This document shows, one piece after another, positions 1 to 8,510 of a DNA stretch of 64,000 bases. Numbering within the stretch: position 1 is the stretch's first letter; the number at the start of each line of letters is the position of its first letter. The translations under genes and the position numbers were made by a program. Source of the stretch: Salinivirgaceae bacterium (lineage in GTDB: Bacteria; Bacteroidota; Bacteroidia; Bacteroidales; Salinivirgaceae); contig JAQICA010000102.1 in the NCBI GenBank assembly GCA_027858775.1, forward strand, positions 11,692-75,691. The letters are read 5' to 3'. The notes under the pieces are model-generated. The model worked only from the letters and a program-made list of their open reading frames with translations, searched no databases and was not told the DNA's origin.

Positions 1-2
1 TT

Positions 3-350
3 CTGGCTGTTGGTATTACCACGACAGTTTGGCTGCTCACAACATTTTTATCGAAACCAGAAGATGAGAAAACCCTCATTGAGTTCTATAAGCGCACCCG
101 TCCTGGCGGGCCGGGATGGAAACGGATTGCAGCTAAAGCACTACCGGAAGAAACAAACCCAACGGCGTGGGCAATGCCGGTTCAGTTACTCAATGTATTT
201 ATTGGTTGTGTTTCCATTTATGCAGCACTATTTGGCATTGGAAGTCTGATATATAAAAACTGGATTACCGGCAGTATTTTACTTGGCGTCACCTTTTTAG
301 GTACTTTCATTATGTTTAAACTCTTCCACCGCTTACGTGCCGATCTATAG
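3..350 (+). CDS. Sodium:solute symporter family protein, C-terminal part (5' end outside window)
   Basis: Frame 3 is open from base 3 to TAG 348-350: LAVGITTTVWLLTTFLSKPEDEKTLIEFYKRTRPGGPGWKRIA...LFGIGSLIYKNW...RADL*. The 'L..FY...RPGGPGW' motif plus two terminal TM helices is typical of Bacteroidota SSS proteins. Not in the ORF track. Confidence 0.75.
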   Translation: MAVGITTTVWLLTTFLSKPEDEKTLIEFYKRTRPGGPGWKRIAAKALPEETNPTAWAMPVQLLNVFIGCVSIYAALFGIGSLIYKNWITGSILLGVTFLGTFIMFKLFHRLRADL

Positions 351-450
351 TATTGGGGGAGGTATTTGATTGTGTTTACAGATACGCGGGATCAATTACA
401 AACAACAAACCAGGTGCAACATACCGCGCTGATAATAAAAGAAATACTTA

Positions 451-496
451 AAAAAACAAAAGCCGATACCTAAAAAGGCATCGACTTTTGTTTTTT
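451..496. terminator. Bidirectional intrinsic terminator
   Basis: AAAAAACAAAAGCCGATACCT-AAAA-AGGCATCGACTTTTGTTTTTT between the convergent symporter and ferredoxin genes. Confidence 0.8.
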
Positions 497-513
497 CCTG
501 AGATTAGGTCCAG

Positions 514-681
514 TTAAGCAGGAATAATTGCTTCTGTAGGACAAACATCAACGCAAGCACCACAATCTGTGCAAGTGTCTGCGTCAATAACATAAATATC
601 ACCTTCTGCTATAGCATCCACAGGACATTCGGGCAGACAACTGCCACATGCTACACAATCTTCTGTAATTTTGTAAGCCAT
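514..681 (-). CDS. 2[4Fe-4S] clostridial-type ferredoxin, 55 aa
   Basis: Hand translation MAYKITEDCVACGSCLPECPVDAIAEGDIYVIDADTCTDCGACVDVCPTEAIIPA* has two CxxCxxCxxxCP motifs; too short for the ORF track. Confidence 0.95.
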   Translation of the reverse strand: MAYKITEDCVACGSCLPECPVDAIAEGDIYVIDADTCTDCGACVDVCPTEAIIPA

Positions 682-715
682 TTGTATTTATATTTAAAGT
701 TCAATAATAACGCTG

Positions 716-723
716 CAAATGTA
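716..723 (-). promoter_or_regulatory. Bacteroidota sigma70 -7 element (TACATTTG) for ferredoxin
   Basis: Exact TAnnTTTG match about 35 nt upstream of the ATG. Confidence 0.65.
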
Positions 724-754
724 TAAGGCTTTTTTGAAAAAAACGAAGAAAACA

Positions 755-782
755 CAAAAAAAACACCTAATTTATAAGGTGT
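755..782 (-). terminator. Intrinsic terminator of the ftsH-cdsA-psd transcript
   Basis: Minus strand ACACCT-TATAAATT-AGGTGT followed by a T run, just after the psd stop. Confidence 0.65.
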
Positions 783-816
783 CCAAACTGTTGATATTCC
801 TAATTTACGAACGTTT

Positions 817-1476
817 CTACGAATTTATTTGGGCAAGAATAGTATGCTGACCGCGCACTTTGTCACCAAGTTTAACATGAATCTTGGCATCCAGTGGTAA
901 AAACACATCGACCCGGCTGCCGAATTTGATGAACCCCATCTCCTGCCCTGCTTCAACAGTGGTATCTTCTTTTTGAACGTAGTTTTCTATACGACGAGCT
1001 ACAATACCAGCTATTTGTCTCACTACAACAGGAACACCCGCTGAAGTTTCCATTAATACAGAAGTTCGTTCATTTAGCGTTGACGATTTAGGATGTCTAG
1101 CCAATAAAAACTTCCCTGGATGGTATTTATATTTTTTCATACTACCTTTTGCAGGAAACCAATTGATATGCACATTCCAGACAGACATAAACACCGAAAC
1201 TTGCAATGCTTCTTTATTAAGGAACTCGTCCTCAACAACTTTCTCGATGGCTACAATATGGCCATCCGCTGGCGATAAAACCTGCCCCTCATCAAATGTA
1301 ACTTCACGTTTCGGTTTACGGAAAAAGCGAATAACAAAAAGAACTAATAGCAATAATACAGTTGCAACAACCAATGTTAGTTTAATACGTTCAGTTAACA
1401 GGTAGGTAACTGAGCTAATAGCTAAAAAGAAAACCACCGTTCTGGCAATAACAATATTTCCCGCTCTATGTGTCAT
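817..1476 (-). CDS. psd: Phosphatidylserine decarboxylase proenzyme
   Basis: SPADG, VSVFMSVWNVH, RQIAG and GFIKFGSRVD (pyruvoyl cleavage) motifs; start moved to ATG 1476 just after the cdsA stop. Confidence 0.93.
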   Translation of the reverse strand: MTHRAGNIVIARTVVFFLAISSVTYLLTERIKLTLVVATVLLLLVLFVIRFFRKPKREVTFDEGQVLSPADGHIVAIEKVVEDEFLNKEALQVSVFMSVWNVHINWFPAKGSMKKYKYHPGKFLLARHPKSSTLNERTSVLMETSAGVPVVVRQIAGIVARRIENYVQKEDTTVEAGQEMGFIKFGSRVDVFLPLDAKIHVKLGDKVRGQHTILAQINS

Positions 1477-1480
1477 AGTA

Positions 1481-2290
1481 TTAATTAATGAGGTAAAGAT
1501 AACTAAAAACGAAAGGGATGGCAAATACAAAACCATCAAACCGATCGAGCACGCCACCGTGGCCGGGCAATACTCTACCTGAATCTTTCACACCTGCTGA
1601 TCGCTTAAACATGGACTCAACCAAATCGCCTAAAGTAGCAGCAAGCGATACAAGCACTGCAACCGTTAACCATATCATAAGTGAAAACATCGGCCAAAAA
1701 TGGAACAACACAAAACCCAATCCAATGGTAGCTAGTAAGCCTCCGGCAAAACCCTCCCATGTTTTCTTGGGCGAAATTTTTGGTGCGATTTTATTTTTAC
1801 CAGCCAAAACGCCTACAATATAGGCAAACGTATCGTTGGTCCAGGTAAAAAGCACAACAGCTAATACCGGACGATAATCATAAGGTCCGTTAATATAGCC
1901 CAAGCCTATAAAAAGAGCTAGTGGTAATGCCACATGAATAACCGGCAAAAACGTAAAAGCTATATTTTGCACCACACGTTTTTTTCTGCGATACAACTCA
2001 CTAATAAATGCGATAAAAAACAGGGGTATGATCAGCGATAAGGCATTTGGTGGCACTATACCAGCAAATAGACCCCATGCTCCTGCAAATAAAAAAATAG
2101 ACAAAACTAACTGCCAGGCCAAAACCGGCCGAACGTGCAATTTTCTACTCAATTGATAATACTCGATAACACACATCACAAGTATAAGCATATAGAAAAA
2201 ACCAAAGGACAACTCATGCCAAACAATGGATAAAACTGTCAAAACTGATATTAAAATACCTGATAATGCGCGCTCTAAAAAGTTTTTCAA
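1481..2290 (-). CDS. cdsA: Phosphatidate cytidylyltransferase
   Basis: NDTFAY, ISPKKTWEG, GDLVESMFKR and PGHGGVLDRFD motifs; TTG start overlaps the upstream TGA. Confidence 0.95.
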   Translation of the reverse strand: MKNFLERALSGILISVLTVLSIVWHELSFGFFYMLILVMCVIEYYQLSRKLHVRPVLAWQLVLSIFLFAGAWGLFAGIVPPNALSLIIPLFFIAFISELYRRKKRVVQNIAFTFLPVIHVALPLALFIGLGYINGPYDYRPVLAVVLFTWTNDTFAYIVGVLAGKNKIAPKISPKKTWEGFAGGLLATIGLGFVLFHFWPMFSLMIWLTVAVLVSLAATLGDLVESMFKRSAGVKDSGRVLPGHGGVLDRFDGFVFAIPFVFSYLYLIN

Positions 2291-2496
2291 AAGTTTGCTT
2301 TTTTAATTAAGTGCTTCGCTCTAATCACATCATCTGCCTTCACAACAACCTCTATCTCGCCAATCATAATATAAAAAGAATCCTGCTTATCAATAACCAC
2401 AGCATCAATATCGTGGTCTTCAAGCAGATCCTTTATTATATAGGCTTGATAGGCCTGAGTTGTTGAAAATGCGATTACCCAATCTGAGTTTTTCAC
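2287..2496 (-). CDS. Small DUF2007-type (putative signal-transducing) protein
   Basis: 69 aa, GTG start; 'QAYIIKDLLEDHDIDAVVIDKQDS...EIEVVV...DVIRAKHLI' fits the DUF2007 pattern; coupled to cdsA. Confidence 0.7.
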   Translation of the reverse strand: MKNSDWVIAFSTTQAYQAYIIKDLLEDHDIDAVVIDKQDSFYIMIGEIEVVVKADDVIRAKHLIKKANF

Positions 2497-2595
2497 CTAT
2501 TTATCATTTTGATTATAACTATCAGATGAAACATCTATGTTGTGACAATGAAATCATACATGCTTCATTTTTCATACTTGCGCAAGTACCTGCAA

Positions 2596-4587
2596 CTATT
2601 CATCGCCAGGCGATTCCTCCTCACTCACTTCTGGTTTTCTGGAATCTTCGTCGCTTTCATTACTGTTTTTCCGTTTCCCGAATACCTCTTCAAGATCGTC
2701 AGAAAAAACCACCTCTTTCTCGAGCAGTCGTCTGGCTATTTCGTGATGTCCTTCGCGGTTATCTCTCAATATTCTCAACGCCGTTTGATACGAAAGATCA
2801 ATAATCTTTTTGATCTCTTTGTCGATCAATTTGGCGGTATCTTCACTATATGGCTTTGTAAAACTATACTCACTGCGTCCGGTAGAGTCGAAATAGCTTA
2901 AATTTCCAACTTCTGCACTCATTCCAAAATAAGTAACCATTGCTGCGGCTTTACGGGTTACACGCTCTAAATCATTCAATGCACCGGTAGAAACAACGCC
3001 AAAGGTTACTTCTTCGGCAGCCCTTCCACCCATCAGTGAGGCCATCTCGTCCAAAATCTGTTCTTTAGTGGTAATTTGTCGCTCTTCGGGCAAATACCAT
3101 GCTGCGCCCAATGCTTGTCCACGCGGTACGATAGTAACTTTCACCAATGGATTGGCGTGTTCGAGCAACCAGCTAACGGTTGCATGCCCGGCCTCGTGAT
3201 AAGCTATGGTTTTTTTCTCCTGCGGGGAGATAATTTTATTGCGTTTTTCTAATCCGCCAACAATACGATCAACGGCATCGAGAAAATCTTGTTTTTCAAC
3301 CTTATTTTTACCTTTACGTGCTGCAATCAATGCGGCTTCGTTTACAGCATTTGCGATATCGGCACCACTAAAGCCTGGCGTTTGTTTTGCTAAAAAAGAT
3401 GGATTAAGTTCCGTATCGATTTTTTTCAATGGCGCAAGGTGTACTTTAAAAATTTGTTCCCTCTCCTTCAGGTCAGGCAATTCAACATGTATTTGTCGGT
3501 CAAAACGTCCGGCTCTTAGTAATGCTTTATCAAGAACATCAACACGGTTTGTAGCAGCAAGAATAATAACTCCGGAATTGGAATCGAACCCGTCCATTTC
3601 GTTAAGCAACTGGTTTAATGTATTCTCTCGCTCATCATTGGCACCCATGTTCGGATTTTTACCACGGGCACGGCCAATGGCATCAATCTCATCGATAAAA
3701 ATAATACAAGGGGCTTTTTCTTTGGCTTGCTTAAACAAATCGCGCACACGCGATGCACCAACGCCCACAAACATTTCAACAAAGTCGGAGCCCGAAATAG
3801 AGAAAAACGGCACATCGGCCTCTCCTGCTACGGCTTTTGCCAACAAGGTTTTACCGGTTCCCGGAGGTCCAATGAGCAGTGCTCCTTTTGGAATTTTTCC
3901 GCCCAAATCGGTATATTTTTCAGGACTTTTCAGAAAATCAACAATCTCCATCACTTCTACTTTGGCCTCTTCGAGTCCAGCAACAAAAGTAAAATCGACT
4001 TTTACTTTAGCGCCCTCCTTATCGAACAGTTTCGCTTTCGATTTGCCGATATTAAAAAGTTGTCCTCCACCCCCTGGTGCTCCACCAGTCATACGTTTCA
4101 TAATAAAAATCCAGATGGCTACGATAATCACAATTGGCAACAACCAACCGATGATATTCCCCACATGATCTTCACGAGTTTCATACTGAATGCCAATTTT
4201 CTGGTCTTCTGAAAAATCTGTTTGGGCTTCATCGAGTTGTTTTTGAAAATACTCTACAGAACCAATTGTAAAAAAGTATTGTGGTCCGGATGAAAACCCT
4301 TCGGTGCTAAAAGTCTGATATCGTCCGGTTCCCAACTTATCGCGTTGTATAAAAACCTCGACGCGTTGCTTGTTAACCACTTTAACTTTTTGTACATCGT
4401 GGTTTTCCAGCATTTCACTTTTAAACTCTTTCCAGGTGGTTTCAACAGCATTACTGCCAAAACTACCGAAAAACTGCATCCCAAGTATTAAAAGTGCAAT
4501 AGCACCATAAACCCAGTAAATATTAAATTTCGGCTTCTGCGGTGTATTTGATGAATGCTTTTCGTCTGCTTTCTTATTCTTCTCCAT
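2596..4587 (-). CDS. ftsH: ATP-dependent zinc metalloprotease FtsH
   Basis: Two TM helices, Walker A GPPGTGKT, Walker [12 protein letters not shown] motif RAGRFDR, HEAGH zinc motif; likely start MEKNKK at 4587. Confidence 0.97.
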   Translation of the reverse strand: MEKNKKADEKHSSNTPQKPKFNIYWVYGAIALLILGMQFFGSFGSNAVETTWKEFKSEMLENHDVQKVKVVNKQRVEVFIQRDKLGTGRYQTFSTEGFSSGPQYFFTIGSVEYFQKQLDEAQTDFSEDQKIGIQYETREDHVGNIIGWLLPIVIIVAIWIFIMKRMTGGAPGGGGQLFNIGKSKAKLFDKEGAKVKVDFTFVAGLEEAKVEVMEIVDFLKSPEKYTDLGGKIPKGALLIGPPGTGKTLLAKAVAGEADVPFFSISGSDFVEMFVGVGASRVRDLFKQAKEKAPCIIFIDEIDAIGRARGKNPNMGANDERENTLNQLLNEMDGFDSNSGVIILAATNRVDVLDKALLRAGRFDRQIHVELPDLKEREQIFKVHLAPLKKIDTELNPSFLAKQTPGFSGADIANAVNEAALIAARKGKNKVEKQDFLDAVDRIVGGLEKRNKIISPQEKKTIAYHEAGHATVSWLLEHANPLVKVTIVPRGQALGAAWYLPEERQITTKEQILDEMASLMGGRAAEEVTFGVVSTGALNDLERVTRKAAAMVTYFGMSAEVGNLSYFDSTGRSEYSFTKPYSEDTAKLIDKEIKKIIDLSYQTALRILRDNREGHHEIARRLLEKEVVFSDDLEEVFGKRKNSNESDEDSRKPEVSEEESPGDE

Positions 4588-4604
4588 GTTCGTATCTGTT
4601 AATT

Positions 4605-4967
4605 TTAATCGTTTATCACAGTTGTTTTTCCATCGGCCCATAGTTCTTCGAGCTTATACTGCTCTCTCACATCTTTCTGAAAAATATGGACTACAAAGTT
4701 TGAGTAATCGAGCAATATCCAGTTGGCTTGCTGTGCTCCTTCTTTGTGAAAAACACTTTCGTGATATTGTTTGCGCAACTTTTGTTCAATGTGATCTGCA
4801 ATAGCATCGACCTGACGATTCGAGTTTCCATGACAAATAATAAAATGGTCGGTAACTGCATTTTCGAGCTCATGCAAATCGATAGCGACAATATTTTCGC
4901 CTTTCTTTTCTTTTATGCCTTCTATAATGCTATTAATAATCTCACTTGATGTTTCGTTCTTTTGCAT
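4605..4967 (-). CDS. rsfS: Ribosome silencing factor RsfS
   Basis: DHFIICHGNSNRQVDAIA, WILLDY, VVHIF and YKLEELWAD motifs. Confidence 0.95.
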   Translation of the reverse strand: MQKNETSSEIINSIIEGIKEKKGENIVAIDLHELENAVTDHFIICHGNSNRQVDAIADHIEQKLRKQYHESVFHKEGAQQANWILLDYSNFVVHIFQKDVREQYKLEELWADGKTTVIND

Positions 4968-5153
4968 ATATTAATTTTTTGCTAAACATTTTTCGTTTTA
5001 ACATGCGCTTTTTTCAGCAGCATAGTTGTATTTGTCGGTCTTTGTAACAAACAATTTTAACGCCAAAAACCAACGGCAACGTATTTCAGTCGTTTTAACT
5101 GCTTATAAGCAATTTCGAAAAAAAGACCTGACATAATAACATACGCTACAAAA

Positions 5154-5750
5154 TCATCGACGAAACGGATTGGCACTTTTGTACCTTCGTCCCACCATTA
5201 TTTGTATACAGCCACTGGCTGATTTTCTACCTTTGGGAATAATTGTTTCAATAATAATTAGTCGTGTTTTATGAATATTGGCCTCCCAGTATGGAATCTC
5301 GGCTTTGTTTGACTCGTAAATAACAGACTCCGAAGTTTCCAACTCCCTCCCCCAAACGGTATCGTTGGCGAATATGGTACCCGTCATAATGCGCTCTCCA
5401 GTTTCATCAAATACAAAATTACCTTCTTTATCGCGCTCATAAATAGGCACATACTTTTGTGCAACTTCTTTCACAACTCTTCTGAATCGTTTTTCCGGAT
5501 AAATAATTCGGAAATATGTATCTTTTAATTTTCGTTCTGCACACGTAAAAATCCGATATTCCTGCCCTGAATAAATAACAACTTTAACCCTGAGCGTATC
5601 TCCTGTGTATACGTAGGTATAGTTCGATTGGCTACGAAAATCGAAGTCGCCAAAAAAATCTTTGTCGCACAAATCCTTATTATCGCAACGCTGTCCGTAT
5701 CCGAAAAGGCCTACCAGCAATAACACAAATATGATATAAGACTTTCTCAT
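5154..5750 (-). CDS. Secreted Cys-containing beta-rich protein of unknown function
   Basis: 198 aa, Sec signal peptide (MRKSYIIFVLLLVGLFGYG), four Cys, 'YSGQEYRIFTC' and 'GCIQIMVG' segments; 7 nt downstream of the lipoprotein gene. Confidence 0.75.
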   Translation of the reverse strand: MRKSYIIFVLLLVGLFGYGQRCDNKDLCDKDFFGDFDFRSQSNYTYVYTGDTLRVKVVIYSGQEYRIFTCAERKLKDTYFRIIYPEKRFRRVVKEVAQKYVPIYERDKEGNFVFDETGERIMTGTIFANDTVWGRELETSESVIYESNKAEIPYWEANIHKTRLIIIETIIPKGRKSASGCIQIMVGRRYKSANPFRR

Positions 5751-5757
5751 TTACACT

Positions 5758-6585
5758 CTATTTAACCAATACGGCTCTTTGTCTGGTTATTACTTTTTGC
5801 AATTCGTTAAACTGTTCTTCTGTACTAATTACATCTTCCGGGTTTTCATACAAATTGATATAAACATCGTTTAATTCAAAAACAAGATGAAATACGTCGT
5901 CATTTGAAGCCTCATCTCCATGAACACTCGTCAAATACGATACTAGATTCTCAATTACGTATTGCTGATCGGCAATGCATGCCTTTAGCTTATCGCTATT
6001 TTCTACCGATTGGGCATTAATTGCCAAATATAAACTTTCAATCCACCCTGCCACAGTTATGTACGATAGCAATCGGGTTTTATTTTGCTCCTCTAGAAAC
6101 GAAAACACCTTCCAATAAGATTCTGTTGAGAGATGATAAAGCGAATCTACATTATCCAAATTATCTTTAAACCGTTTCATGAGGCTTTCTCCATAGCCTG
6201 CCGTCAGTCCTAACTCGTCAGCAATTTGCTTGGTAGTTTCAAACAATGAAATTGTTTGCTGATTTTTCGCAAAAACTGCGCAGAAAGCCAAATCTGAAGC
6301 AAATAATCCAAAGGCTACCGCCTTTTCCTTCGAAGAAATATAGTGAGCGGCGCCATTGACAGGCAGCAATAATTCTGCATTGTAGCGACCCCCTCCATCT
6401 TGATAAAATCGAAAAAACTCGATTGGAGTGGGCACTCTATACACCATACGGGAAGATTTAAATTCGGGCTTCACTTCCGAAGTAACTACCTCATCATGTA
6501 GCGCTTTTTTGACATTGTCTCCTTCTTTATTTGTATTACAGGCAGTGATAGTCACAATACCAATAATAAGCAAAATACTTCGCAT
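5758..6585 (-). CDS. Helical lipoprotein of unknown function
   Basis: Signal peptide with lipobox ITA-C. The start is uncertain (ATG at 6585, 6591, 6600 or 6648). Motifs VPTPIE, AFGLFASDLAF and AGWIESLYLA. Confidence 0.75.
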   Translation of the reverse strand: MRSILLIIGIVTITACNTNKEGDNVKKALHDEVVTSEVKPEFKSSRMVYRVPTPIEFFRFYQDGGGRYNAELLLPVNGAAHYISSKEKAVAFGLFASDLAFCAVFAKNQQTISLFETTKQIADELGLTAGYGESLMKRFKDNLDNVDSLYHLSTESYWKVFSFLEEQNKTRLLSYITVAGWIESLYLAINAQSVENSDKLKACIADQQYVIENLVSYLTSVHGDEASNDDVFHLVFELNDVYINLYENPEDVISTEEQFNELQKVITRQRAVLVK

Positions 6586-6702
6586 AGGCATCAAATTCAT
6601 TGGCCGTGAAAATAATAATTTTAAATCAAAAAAATAACGTTTTAACATCTTAAATTCAATAAAATAGTCACTTATAACCGCACAGAAAAGTCAAAAACAA
6701 TC

Positions 6703-6710
6703 CAAATATA
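6703..6710 (-). promoter_or_regulatory. -7 element (TATATTTG) for the lipoprotein operon
   Basis: Exact TAnnTTTG match on the minus strand. Confidence 0.55.
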
Positions 6711-6787
6711 TAAATAGTTTACAATTTGCATGATTTTTGAGTAAATAAGATAAAACGATGCAAAATTACACATTTAAAGTTAAACCC

Positions 6788-7519
6788 ATGAAAAAATTCA
6801 TCCTCATAATTATTGCTATTTCTATTCAGGCTCTAACATTTGCTCAAATTCCTGATTTTACAATGACAGATACTAAGGCGGAGGTATACAATTTACATAA
6901 CACGCTAGACAGTGGAAAAGTTGTTGTCATTGACTTTTTCAGCACTACATGTGGCTCATGCCAACTTGCCATGCCCGAAATGGAGAGCATTTGGACAGAT
7001 GTGCTAAATCGTGGAGATTTGGGGTACATTTGGGCTATTGAGACCAGTTACCAAACGGACTCGGCAGTTATGGCCTTTTTTGATGAATACCCAGGCTCGT
7101 TTCCCGCATTTTCGGTGGTTGAAGATGACAGTGTAACAAACGATTCGTTTGGATTCCATGTTCCCTACACGCCGTATTATTACATTCTTGCTCCCAATTA
7201 CAAGATGTATAATGTACCATCAAACCAAGTTCGTTCGCTTGTGGAAGACCTACTGGGAATTAGCGGAATAAACGAGGGCAGCAACCATGATTTTGCTGTT
7301 CGATTAGAAAATGGAAGAATTTCATTTAATCTACCGGAACATGAGGGTCAAATTTCAGTTGAACTATACGATCTTACCGGACGAAAAATTATTGAAGAGC
7401 AAGTTAATGCGTCCAATAGTTTTGTAGACCTCCGATCGACAAATGCAACCGGCATTGCCATCTTAAAAATACGTACGAATCAATCTACGCTTCATACAAC
7501 TAAGCTTCGTCTACAATAA
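6788..7519 (+). CDS. Thioredoxin-fold (TlpA/redoxin) protein with T9SS type A C-terminal sorting domain
   Basis: Signal peptide from MKKF at 6788, 'PDFTMTD...GKVVVIDFFSTTCGSC', and C-terminal 'ELYDLTGRKI...TTKLRLQ' typical of a T9SS CTD. Confidence 0.8.
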   Translation: MKKFILIIIAISIQALTFAQIPDFTMTDTKAEVYNLHNTLDSGKVVVIDFFSTTCGSCQLAMPEMESIWTDVLNRGDLGYIWAIETSYQTDSAVMAFFDEYPGSFPAFSVVEDDSVTNDSFGFHVPYTPYYYILAPNYKMYNVPSNQVRSLVEDLLGISGINEGSNHDFAVRLENGRISFNLPEHEGQISVELYDLTGRKIIEEQVNASNSFVDLRSTNATGIAILKIRTNQSTLHTTKLRLQ

Positions 7520-8267
7520 CCATCTCGTCGTTTTCGGAAAAATGCTTAATTTTCAGTCGGTTATCACTCCATTCAGCAAATGTAAAGTGGGTAATCCAAT
7601 CGCCCAAATTAGCATAAACAGCATTGCTAACGCGATGGATTAGCGGCATGTGTCTGTGTCCGAAAATATAATAATCGCACGGTTCATTTTGCTGATGATC
7701 TTCCAAATAACGCACCAAATGCTCCTTTTCAGGAATAAATGCTTCGGCTTCGATGCCTTTGCTGTAGCGAGAATGACGCGACCACCGATGAGCAAATCCA
7801 ACGGCAGCGTTTGGATGAATGCGTGCAAACATCCATTGCAGTATGCCGCTCGTAAAAATGCGCTTCAGCAATTTAAACGACCAATCGCCCGAACCAAGGC
7901 CATCGCCATGTCCGATATGAAAGACCTTACCATCGATGGTATGCGTAACAGGCTTGCGGTAAACCTGAACACCTAGCTCCGACTTCAAATAATCGAATAC
8001 CCACACATCGTGGTTTCCTGTGAAAAAGTGCACTGGAATTCCACGGTCGGCAAACTCGGCAATTTTACCTAAAAATCGCGTATATCCGCGTGGCACAACG
8101 TGTTTGTATTCGAACCAAAAATCAAAAATATCACCCACTAAATAGAGTTCATCGGCGTCATCAATAATCTGATCTAACCACCTGACAATCCTTTTCTCTC
8201 GTACGATACTCTTCTCCCGGGTTGGGAACCCAAGATGCATATCTGATGCAAAATAAATTTTCGACAT
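7500..8267 (-). CDS. lpxH: UDP-2,3-diacylglucosamine diphosphatase
   Basis: Calcineurin-like motifs SDMHLG, GDIFDFWFEY, GNHD, HGD, GHRH. Confidence 0.9.
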   Translation of the reverse strand: MSKIYFASDMHLGFPTREKSIVREKRIVRWLDQIIDDADELYLVGDIFDFWFEYKHVVPRGYTRFLGKIAEFADRGIPVHFFTGNHDVWVFDYLKSELGVQVYRKPVTHTIDGKVFHIGHGDGLGSGDWSFKLLKRIFTSGILQWMFARIHPNAAVGFAHRWSRHSRYSKGIEAEAFIPEKEHLVRYLEDHQQNEPCDYYIFGHRHMPLIHRVSNAVYANLGDWITHFTFAEWSDNRLKIKHFSENDEMVIVDEA

Positions 8268-8317
8268 AATTACATTCCTTGGAAATGCTTAAGACAACAT
8301 ATTTTCACAGCTACTTA

Positions 8318-8510
8318 GATACTGTCTACAAAGTCGGAGTGCCCAGTGAATAAATTCCATTTTCAAGGCTTTATTCGCAATTCTCTATATTTCAAAGGTG
8401 CTCATGAGCTCCCTTTGGTCGGTTCGAAACTCAAAACCGTTGAGTTTACTGGTGTAAATAATGCGGGTTTGAGTAAGAGTAACGTAGAAAATGGAGTTTA
8501 TTGAGGGACA
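8318..8510. mobile_element. MITE/ERIC-like non-autonomous element, copy 1 (193 bp)
   Basis: Aligns to 45637-45777; flanked by the exact direct repeat CTACTTA (8311-8317 and 8511-8517); imperfect inverted arms 8339-8364 / 8487-8511. Confidence 0.75.

Noticed and set aside
10-249. 79-aa ORF in the track
   Set aside because: Wrong frame; frame 3 (3-350) gives a recognisable symporter C-terminus
3206-4212. Long plus-strand ORFs (320 aa and 161 aa) inside ftsH
   Set aside because: Antisense shadows of a conserved gene: no motifs and Ser/Phe-skewed composition. The same applies to most short track ORFs overlapping real genes.
4588-4641. N-terminal extensions given by the ORF track for ftsH (and psd, lptB, namZ, purF, ftsA)
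   Set aside because: They overlap upstream genes or promoters, and downstream ATGs give family-typical N-termini
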